From Nemertoderma westbladi (lineage: Eukaryota; Animalia; Xenacoelomorpha): a stretch of 64,000 nucleotides of DNA. Made by a program: the position numbers and the translations under genes. Below, piece after piece: positions 23,864 to 34,358 of this stretch (position 1 is the first letter of the stretch; each line of letters starts with the position of its first letter). The notes below the pieces were generated by a model. It was given only the letters and a program-made list of their open reading frames with translations. It made no database searches and had not been told where the DNA came from. Where the stretch lies: NCBI GenBank assembly GCA_032718475.1, contig JAUCBJ010000011.1, forward strand, positions 1 to 64,000. The letters are read 5' to 3'.

Positions 23864-25627
23864 TGGTGTAACCGTATGGGCAGGGGGGGGGGGGGGTAAT
23901 AATAATACGTTAGAAGGCATTAATATTAATAGTACCGTAGTAGACAACCCTAATCAAACTTTCATTGCAGGAAGGAATTAATCTTTTACCCGGTAATATT
24001 AATTTAAATACAAATAATACAAATAATAATTTAAATTCATGTATACAAAATAATTCGAATAATAATATTAATTTAAATATACAAAATAATAATAATTCTA
24101 ATTTAAATAATTTAAATAATAATATTGATAACGGGGCTATTAATACGAATGCAGGAGACACAGGTGGTCCGGCCAGCGAGAGCCTGCAAGGCCACGCAGT
24201 TACGCAGGGAGTAGCGGGGGTGAGTCACCCCGACGGGAGCCTGCAAAGCCACGTAGTTAGGCAGGGAGTAGCGGGGGTGAGTCAACCCGATGGGAGCCTG
24301 CCAGGCCACGCAGTTGCACAGGGAGAGGCGGGGGTGAGTAGACCCAGCCTCAGTAGAGACAGTGCGTCGACTAGAGAGGGGCGTAGAAGTGAAGTAGGAG
24401 AGATTGAGGACAAAGGCGAGGATGTTTACTTTGTTCCGGATCGGCAACCCTTGACTGGAGAGGATGAAATTGTTCTAGATATTGGGAAGGAAGGGAGTGC
24501 GAAGCCGATTGGAGACCTCATATATGAGAGGGCTTGGTTTCCGCAAGCGCGTAGATGCAAGTTGTGCGGCAGCACAAGACATAGTCAAAAGTCTTGTGAT
24601 GCTGTGGTAGAGGCGGCGCACAAAGTTTGCCGTTGGTGCAACGAGACTGACCATTCATTTCATACGTGTACCGTCTTCATTTCCCAGTGTGGATATTGTG
24701 GGGTAAAGGGACACCGTAGCGCAAAGTGCCAGCTGCGTGATGATTCCTTCCAAAACCATAGCGCTAACCTCCTTCGGGAGATGTTGGATAAGTAGGAGAA
24801 TGTGGCCGATTACCACATTCAGGCCCAAATGCGGTGGTTGCCGTTTAAGGCAGGATACGGATTCTGGGCAGTGGATCCATCACACGTTGCTTATGAGCCG
24901 TATCTGCAATCCCTACCGCAATATCAGGAGTTGATGTTAACCGCTCAGGACCTTCCGCAGAATACAGGAGTTGTGGTTAATAGATTGTATTTCCGGCAGC
25001 TTAATATGGACAATAAATATACTTGGAATTTCATCGCTATCTGCGACAGGATAACCAGGGGAGTATTTTCAGAGACGAGGAAGGTGGTGTGTGCGCGAGG
25101 CGACTGGAGGATGGCAGCCATCCAATACCGCAACGAATTCTTGCGGACTCACATTCAGTTGGGGTCATTGACCTCTGAGCGGGTGGAGGAGCAACGGATC
25201 GCCGCACCCACAGCGACAACAGCCGGAGCCCATAGCTCGCGGCAAGTGCCAGAAGGAGTAGTCCTTGTCAAGCGTCAAGCCAAGGACGAGCAGTTCCATT
25301 CTATTATTGATTCGCAGAGACTGCAACGAAAGGCGCAAGGAGCGTCCGAAAGGGCACGCATGCAGTTGCAGAAAGAGGAGTTGGCGGAGGCGCCCGCAGG
25401 GACACAGCATCTGTGACGAGGCCGAGGGAGGAGTACCAGCCGGGAGACAGCTGGGGCCCAGGGAACGTCGTCGCCGGTTCCAGGAAGTGACGCCTCAAGG
25501 ACGCCGTCAACAGAGTCTACAGGGGGTAGACTGGTGTATCTGGGGAGGGGACGAAAGAGAGGAGCGAGCCCGAGAGACCCAGGAGCTAGCCAATGAGACT
25601 ATAATATCACGGAGCGACAGACTCTAG
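23864..25627 (+). pseudogene. 3' part of the decayed host gene: Asn-rich tract, 20-aa repeats, three CCHC knuckles and a downstream domain
   Basis: ORFs 23965-24795 and 24802-25416 are in frame across a TAG that aligns to Trp of the 591-aa ORF. Three Cx2Cx4Hx4C motifs; 60-bp repeat x3 at ~24180-24345; Arg-rich tail in a shifted frame to 25627. Confidence 0.7.
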
Positions 25628-25879
25628 ACATATACATCATCGTCGCTCTGATGTATATCGTAGGTTTTGATAAAACATTCGACTGGACTCATACACACTA
25701 GTCGTATCCAAATTTTAGAATTTCATAAGTAATGTATATTCTATTATGATATAATATTAATAGTGAGTGGCGAAGGAGGTGACTGGGGTGACAAACCCGC
25801 GGGTTTGGCTTACCCCTTTCACCTGCCCTAGCCAGAGTGTTTTTTATATTATTTAGGTAGACCGTCAATTTGTAAATAA

Positions 25880-26036
25880 GTAAAGAAAGCAATATTTTTG
25901 TAATTTAATTTGTATGTAGTATCATTATGCAGTAAAGAAAGCAATATTTTTGTAATTTAATTTGTATGTAGTAATCATTATGCAGTAAAGGAAGCAATAT
26001 TTTGTAATTTAATTTGTATGTAAAAATCATTATGCA
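25880..26036. repeat. ~52-bp tandem repeat x3
   Basis: gtaaagaaagcaatatttttgtaatttaatttgtatgtagtatcattatgca repeated. Confidence 0.85.
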
Positions 26037-26054
26037 ATATCAGTGGCAATATTG

Positions 26055-27855
26055 AGAAAGTCACACGCAATTTTGGACACAAACACCCTATATGAGACAC
26101 AAACACCCTATATGGGACATAAACAACCTATTTGGGACAACAAATTTAATTTATAGCTATGATAGTGAATTCTATAATCTTTTGAGTATTCCATTGCATT
26201 TAGAAAATATTTGAAATCCTTATAAGCAATTCACACCCTATACGGGACACAAACACCCTATATGGGACAAAAACAACCTATTTGGGACAAATAGAAATTA
26301 AAGCTATGGTATTGAATTCTATATTCTTTTGAGTATTCTATGAGAGTTAGAAACTATTTAAAATCATTTTGAGAAAGTCATACGCTATTTGGGACACAAA
26401 CACTTATAACAGAATACTAACTAACTAACATTCTCGCTCTGGGGGTTTTAAAGGTCGATGATTTCATTTCTGATGTCAGTTTTCACTTTTAAATAAATCT
26501 TGTCTGTTGGTCTGTCGGTCTTTCTGTAAGTCAGTCCGTCAAAACTAAAAAAGAATATAAACTAACTAACATTCTTGCTATGGGGGTTTTAAGGGGTTCT
26601 GATTTCATTTCTGATGTCAGTTTTAATGTTTACATAAATCTCGTCTGTCTGTCTGTTGGTCTGTCGGTCATTCTGTCAGTCAGTCTGTCAAAACATAAAA
26701 AAGAATACAAACTAACTAACATTCTCGCTATGGGGGCTTTAAGGGGTGCTGATTTCATTTCTAATGTCAGATTTCACTTTTACATAAATCTAGTCTGTTG
26801 GTCTGACGGTCTGTCGGTCTTTCTGTCAGTCAGTCTGTCAAAACTTAAAAAAAAGAATACAAACTAACTAACATTCTCGCTATGGAGGTTGTAAGGGGTG
26901 CTGATTTCATTTCTGATGTCAGTTTTCAGGATTACATAAATCTAGTCTGTCTGTTTGTCGGACTGTCGGTCTTTCTGTCAGTCAGTCAGTCTGTCAAAAC
27001 TTAACAAATAATACAAACTAACTAACATTCTCGCTATGGGGGTTTTAATGGGTCCTGATTTCATTTCAGATGTCAGTTTTCACGTTTAAAAAAATCTAGT
27101 ATGTCTGGCTGTCTGTCTGTCGGTCTTTCTGTCAGTCAGTCTGTCAAAACTTAAGAAAGTGAACAACTAACTAACATTCTCGCCATGAGGGTTTTAAGGG
27201 TTGCTGATTTCATTTCTGATGTCAGTTTACAAGTTTACATAAATCTAGTCTGTCTGTCTGACGGTCTTTCTGTCAGTATGTACTACTGTACTGTGGTTGG
27301 CATTACGCCATATACCTAACACTAATAATACAGTCTACAATACAGCCTATCTACAGTACAGAATGGATTTTTGCCATGAAGAGCGCTAAATGTCTTTAAT
27401 ACTGTCCACCAGTATACCTAGACCAAGAGCCTTCCAATAAAACATGTATTCCAGCACGACGTCCACTGCACGTCTTAGTGCTGGCCATGGTGACGTGCAG
27501 TGGACGTCATAGGTTCTAAGGGATTAAATTAAAGCTATGATAGTGGATTCTATTTTCTTTTGAGTATTTCCATTATATTTATAAACTATGTAAAATCATT
27601 TTGAGAAAGTTACATGCTATTTGGTACAAAACCACCCTGTGTGGGACACAAACACCCTATATGGGACATAAACAACCTATTTGGGACAAATTGGAATTAA
27701 AGCTATGATTATGAAGTCATTATTCTTTTCAGTATTCCTTTACATTTATAAACTATTTGAAATAATTTTGATAAAGCTACAGGCTATTTTGGACAAAATG
27801 AACCTATATGGGACACAAACATCCTATATGGGACACTAACAACCTATTTGAGTCA
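26055..27855. repeat. ~155-bp repeat family (gggacacaaacaccctatat core) in two blocks, 26055-26405 and 27525-27855
   Basis: The same unit occurs on both sides of the 26411-27520 insert. Confidence 0.75.
26411..27277. repeat. ~150-bp tandem repeat x6
   Basis: aactaactaacattctcgctatgggggttttaaggggtgctgatttcatttctgatgtcag at ~26419, 26560, 26710, 26863, 27016 and 27165. Confidence 0.9.
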
Positions 27856-28180
27856 AATTTAAGACTTATTAAGTACTATTTGGGATGAAGTTGAGTCTGG
27901 GGAGGAGGTTGCGATATCATTAATTTGATTCTCATTTAATTATTATTATATGAATGTATTTAGATTTATTATAAGTGAATAAATTGCACCACATGAATAA
28001 ATTGCACAATGAATTAATTGAATTAATTGTAAGACTGTGATGCATTATAATGCATCACAGTCTTACAGGCCATTTGCAAGGCACCCACAGTGTATCTTTA
28101 ACCCTAACTAGGGAACATGTATTCCAAATGCCCTTATTTAGAATGGGAATTTCCACTGTACATATACCTCAACCAGCTCT

Positions 28181-28426
28181 TGTCCCAAATACGTTGCTCT
28201 GTCCAGTATAGGTTGTTATAATGAGCCCCGGATTCGTAGTTGACACTTGGATTATATATCAGTGGAATTTACCATTAACCTTTACATTATATAGCCAATA
28301 AGGGAGATGCCTAACTTTAGAAATGTTGGTATTGGTCCGATGACGAGGAGTTGGCTCATATGATGATTTGATTGGATGCCCCTATATTGGACAGGTTGGA
28401 AAACATTACACAACGTATTTGGGACA
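28181..28426. mobile_element. Small inverted-repeat-bounded (MITE-like) remnant
   Basis: TGTCCCAAATACGTTG ... CAACGTATTTGGGACA 16-bp inverted repeat; TSD not resolved. Confidence 0.45.
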
Positions 28427-28554
28427 GGTAGGGGTGTTGATGTGTTGTGCGTGGTTCGGTGGCTGAGTGGTGGTTTGCAGCCTGGTCATATCAGTCTGTC
28501 AGTGCCCGTACAGCTGTACTGCCGTACCGGTACCTTTTGTAGTTAATGTGCCCT

Positions 28555-29570
28555 TACTGGTATACGATGGTTCGACAACATTTGTGTCTACTGTTGACGG
28601 TGACACAGAACCATTTGAAGTGTTATGGGGCGTCCAAGGAGACACACTTGCACCATTCTTGTTCATTATTGTGGTTGACTATGTTCTACGCATGTCCTTA
28701 GATCATCATAATGATGATGGGGTGATGATAACTCCACCTACTGGCTCCAGAAGTCGAGGAAATCCTGCCAAGTACCTAACTGATCTAGACTTTGCTGATG
28801 ACTTAGGAGTACTCTTAGAATCATTAGAGGGAGCCCAACGGCTCCTCAGCTCATTAGAACATGCTGCTTCTAGTGTTGGTCTTTTTATTAACTCCAGAAA
28901 GACCAATATTCTGACAGTTAACTTTGAAAGTCCTCAGCAAGTCTCTGATCGGATGAGCATAAGCTCTACGGATGGTATGCTTGAACATGTGGACGACTTC
29001 TGTTACCTGGGATCATGGATCCGGAAGTCAGGTGAGGACCTTCGAATACGTAAGGGAAAGGCATGGGCAGCCTTGAATAGGCTTTCCAGGATTTGGAAGT
29101 CACCGAGAATTAATCGGAAACTTAAGGTCCGATTATTTAGAGCAGCAGTAGTTCCAGTACTCCTCTACGGGAGTCCATGCTGGGCTCTAACTGCTGAGGA
29201 CACCAAATCTCTGGATGGCACATTCACAAGAATGCTACGCCGGGTTCATTGTGTCAAGTACAATGCACACATCTCCAACCAGACACTATATAACATTGGA
29301 GGTGTCTCATTGGTTCCCCCAAGCTTGACACTAGAACAAAATCGCCTCCGCTTTGCAGGACATTGCTTTCGCCGTGAGGACCAGCCAGTGCATAATCTTG
29401 TACTTTGGCAGCCTCATGGAGTGAATAAGCATGGTGGACAGCCCATAACTTTCTTGAGACGCATCTTAAAGGACACTGGCCTTAAAGATGCGTATGATCT
29501 AGCAAATGTCATGGGTGATAGGGAGTTGTGGCGGTGCAATTTTGTTGACAAGCCGGCACAGCATTCTTAA
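28555..29570 (+). mobile_element. 5'-truncated RTE-clade LINE (RT C-terminal half)
   Basis: GVQGDTLAPFLF, DLDFADD, FCYLGS, VLLYGS, RLRFAGH. Confidence 0.88.
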
Positions 29571-29767
29571 AAATGCAGCTGCAATGCAGCATGCCGATCC
29601 TTGTAGTAGTAGCCCTTACTGGTTGGGAAGTACCTTATTGAATTTATTATTATTGCAGAAATGCACTTTATTGATTGTTATACAGTAGTACTGTAGTATT
29701 AGCTAGTACTGTAGGCCTAACTGCCTAAGTCTGAACTCCATGTCTGTAATAACGATACTGGCTGACT

Positions 29768-31436
29768 GGGTATATCTTTTGCGTAGAGGTATAGCCTACA
29801 TAGAGGCTACATGTAGGTATGTGTAGCCTACATGTAGATGCACGTGTAGGGTGAATGTAGTTAGGTGTAGGTAGGTCTTTAAAAACAACAATGATGAATG
29901 AATAGGCCTACACGGGGTACCCGGACCCGAACTTCCTCGATGAGATGCGAATGCGGCGAACGGGGGTGGTACCCGGAACAACCACGAAGAGATGCGCATA
30001 TGGCGGGCGGTGGTACCCGAAACAACCAGGAGGATATGCGAATACGTCGAATGGGGGTCCCCTGAATACCCACGAGACGGAGCCTATCAATACTACAGTA
30101 CTGACAAAGGAAAAAACGACTGAACGATATACCGATACATACTGCTGTAGATCTTATGATCCTGCGGGTTCAGGCATGGAGGCTAATGACTTTGTATGGG
30201 CCGAACGGCCCGAACCTGATGTTTCCAGTCAAGGAGGAATCGACTAACGGTTAGGGTTAGAGCTCGTCGTCGGTGTCCATGAGGGTCTGAGGATGAGTGG
30301 GTAATTCAACAAAACGCTAACAATGATACCGGACTGACTGATTGAACCAGAGTGGCGATGGTAGTTGGTAGTCGCTGATGTATATATATTATATATATCA
30401 TGTATTGATTGTTAGTAGATATTTTTTTATAGTATTTGTTTATTAAATTGTCTTCAATGTCTATATTGATAATATTCGTGCTGTGCTGATTTTACTTATT
30501 TTTCATTTTATAAATCTTGCTGTGGCCGTTTTAATCGACTAAACTGCCGTATCAATTTCATGATATTTTAATGGATATGCAATTTAACTTCTTCTTTCTA
30601 TTAACTTTCAATGCAATCAAATATAACTGTAAAGCTATTGACTTTCGTGTTATTGTTTTGCTGTTACTTCGAGATGGGATTTGAATCCCATCGGATTACT
30701 GATTAATTCCCATCATCGAGATGGGAATACTTTATAATGAAACAGTGTGGTGGTCGGCGGGGTCGGGATAGTGGGAAGGGATGGGACTGTTGCTGGTTGG
30801 TGGAATGTGACTGCCTGAAAAATTAAAACAAACAAAACTTCCAGACTTCTATATTTTTACTTTCAAAACAAAACGTCCAAAACATTTCAATGCTGAAGTA
30901 CTGTTCAAGTCCCATGGATGTATGGTTGATAAACAGATAAAGAGGGGCAGAGGGGGGTCAGGGTTTCTGGTAGACTATAGTCCCCGCGATGATGGCTGTT
31001 ATTCTTGTTTAGTTACTCTTACTCAATAAACATATAAATCAGAACGAGTTAATCTAATGGAACGATGCCTTTCGTGGCGTTAGCATACGCAAATTTATTA
31101 GGGCATAATATTTATGACGAGTAAGGGACTTTAGTATAATCAGAACGCGATGTTTGATATTTATACAGTACTGCAGTATGCAGTAAAACCTGTTGTCTGA
31201 CAGCAGACAGGTCTGCATGTTGATGTACCGTATTGTACCGTGGAGATCAGAGATTATTGCCATACATCCTGATTGACGACCGTGTATCACGTTACTGCAA
31301 GTTGACACATAAATTACATTAATATCTATGGGACTACACCTACCTACATTCACCCTACACGTGCATCTACATGTAGGCTACACATACCTACATGAAGCCT
31401 CTATGTAGGCTATACCTCTACGCAAAAGATATACCC
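29768..31436. mobile_element. Non-autonomous DNA transposon with ~100-bp TIRs and 8-bp TSD (MULE- or Merlin-like)
   Basis: TIR GGGTATATCTTTTGCGTAGAGG... at 29768-29870 is inverted at 31334-31436; TSD GGCTGACT at 29760-29767 and 31437-31444. Confidence 0.85.
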
Positions 31437-32530
31437 GGCTGACTGGGTACCGTATGTAAAATACATAGCACATAGGCCTATTTCATTTTCAGCATTAAAT
31501 AATTTTGTTTGTTCTGATAATGGGGGAAACAGCTGGAAGCGAAGATACCGGAACTTCGTACTTCAACATCTTCTTCTATTGGTGCCGGTACGGGTACCGG
31601 TACAATAGACTCACTGAAAACTCTACTGCTCTACTCTGTAGGCTTGCTGCCGTACTTGTGTAATCCATAATCAATCATGCAACGGGAAATCAGTGTTATT
31701 GCGTATTGTACATGGGTTATGGGTAAGAACGTCATCTTACAGTCTTAAGTTAGCGACATTATAAACTGATAAATGGCACTAAATTTTAAATATATTATTA
31801 CACCTAGCTGCCTAGCTAACTTCAATTATCTATTTTCACCTGGATGTATGGATGATTATTTTTAAACGATCTAACTGTTTTCGTCTGTTTTCCCTACATT
31901 CCAATTTCGCCTGTTTTCGATTGTCTGACTGTTGTCACAATCTAGTACTATCCGTCTGCCGGTAGGCCTGGCTGTATCCTGCTATGTACTCTCAGACTCT
32001 ACTGCTCTAACCAACTTACCTAATGAGTAATTGTTTGTAGATAGGGCTACTGACGTAATAATGTGGGTGGCTCGGTTGGTCGGTCGGCGGCTAGATGGGA
32101 ATGTTTGAAGGTGGCTGGCCTGGATGGGAATGTGGGAATCAATAAACGCTGTTGTTACCAACCAATTGAAGGAAAGGGGCAGGTTACAGCAACAGTATTT
32201 TCAAACCAAAACAATAAACCATCTTGTTACCTACAAATGAGGGAAAGTAGCAGGTTACAGTCTGACAGTGGCGAGTGACAATAAACGTTGTTGTTGGTTA
32301 CTTCATAACCAAAACAATAAACTGTGTTGGCCAGGTTACATGGTGTCGCTTTTCTAACCAAAACAATATACTGATATAAGTTGTTGTTACAATAAATAGG
32401 CCTAATAGGCCTACCGGTACTATAAATAATTATTACCAGTACCACCTAATTATATTTTATTGGTTGTACATATCTGACGTTTTGTGCTCTTTTTACCTTA
32501 CATCTTTATTCCAAAGTAAATAATAAATAA

Positions 32531-33510
32531 AACGTGTGGCTATTCACACGAATAGTTTCCAAAAGGCAATCATTACAATGTGATATTTATATCTTCATAT
32601 ACGCTGATTAGCGTACTTTTGCCAGATATGTGTGTATGCAGTATCTCTAAATTTAAAGGTGCAATCATGAACTTATTGTTACTCTGGCGTCATTAATAAC
32701 ATAACATAACATAACAAAAGGCACGTTGGCATTCTGGCATTTTCCAGGTACTTAAATAATTGCAACCAGCGTAAATGCCAAAATGCCAGAGTGCTTTTGG
32801 GGAATTGTAGTACGGTATGATTCTAACAGTTCCCCAAATGCACTTTGGCATTCTGGCATTTAGTTGAAATTCATTATTCGCTGAGAAAATAATGCGGTAA
32901 TACGGTAATGAATTTCATCCGTTTTTAAGAACACTTACTGTAAGTATAAAGTGTACGAATAATGTACTCATAATATGCAATAATATTTAATTGATAAAGT
33001 ATTACTTAGTCTTGTATGTCAGTATGTTGTAGTTTATTTATAGTTTTTATTTATATAATTTATACTTTATTTATATTTTAGGTACATAATACAAATGTTA
33101 GGCTATATTGTCAGTTTCATATTATGATCTGGAACGTTTTATAAAAACGTTTTTTATAAAAGTTTTACATTAAATAGGTATGACCTACAATTGCGCGGTG
33201 TAATTCATTTTATATTTAAACATGTTCAATCAAGCTAATACTAGGTAGTTTGCTTTACTATGCTATGCACACTTAGGCGTACTTCAGTACTTGTATAATG
33301 TAGTAATATCATCACTAATAATGATTTACAATTAAATACCAGAATGCCAAAGTGCCTTAGGTTGGGAACTGTTAAGGAATCATACTACAGTTCCCCAAAA
33401 GCACTCTGGCATTTTGGCATTTACGCTGGTTGCAATTATTTAGGTACCTGGAAAATGCCAGAATGCCAAAGTGCCTTTTGGGAACTATTCGTGTGACTTA
33501 GCCACACGTT
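32531..33510. mobile_element. MITE with ~175-bp TIRs; left TIR interrupted by an insertion
   Basis: AACGTGTGGCTA...GGCA plus 32715-32862 is the reverse complement of 33335-33510. Confidence 0.8.
32569..32714 (+). mobile_element. Very short retroposed 3' end with a (CATAA)n tail
   Basis: Flanked by the 9-bp duplication CAAAAGGCA (32560-32568, 32715-32723); ends taataacataacataacataa. Confidence 0.6.
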
Positions 33511-34358
33511 AAATATAGAATGTAATAAAAATCATTATTATTCTATCCATTATCCTACCACAGCAACATGGTCCTTTCCCTCACTTAATAATTATCATTG
33601 TTAATTCGCCGGGACGTGCTTTTAATTCACCAAGAGGTTTTGCGACTATCCAGAGACCCGTGACCCGATCTACCCTTGCCCGAGACCCGATCTACCTTTA
33701 CCCATGCTAGCCCTGTCCAAATACAGCCATATGCAGCCATGCAGGCAGATCCCCCGACTCCAGCCTCCAATCAGCCAGTGGAAATAAATATTAATTAATA
33801 GGCCTATACAGCTATAGGCCTACTGAACAGCTGAAGAAGGCCTACTTCCTGCCCTTGGATTGGAAGCATAAGTGTTCATTAGGTCATACATACCCCATAC
33901 CGGTTCAGTAGGCTAATGGGTAGGCCGAAGGCCCTAACGTTGCTTTTGTTCCATTGTCGTTAGGTCCCAATGCCATAAATAAATTGTGCTGCTTAATCGT
34001 GTAACATGTTTAACTTTCGTTTATTATTTTGTTTCCCCCAGCACAAATCTGTAACCTGCTCTTTTAAGTTTTACTAGGCAGCTCTTTAGGCAATGGGACC
34101 TAATGCCCCAGGATCTAAAGGATCTGACTAGGACCCAACGCAACATATTGACTACTGGTAAGGAAGGTGTTTGCATGGTCATTACTCATTACCGGTACCG
34201 TACCGTATGGAACAAAGTAATTGGTCTATTTTGGTTTCACTCTTATTCGGCCTATATGTTTATTTATATTATTAGAAGTTAGTCATCGCAGTATCTGCAC
34301 TTAACTATTAGTCAACAGTCAAGTCGCATGTATGTATGTATAGACCTTCGAGTGGAGT

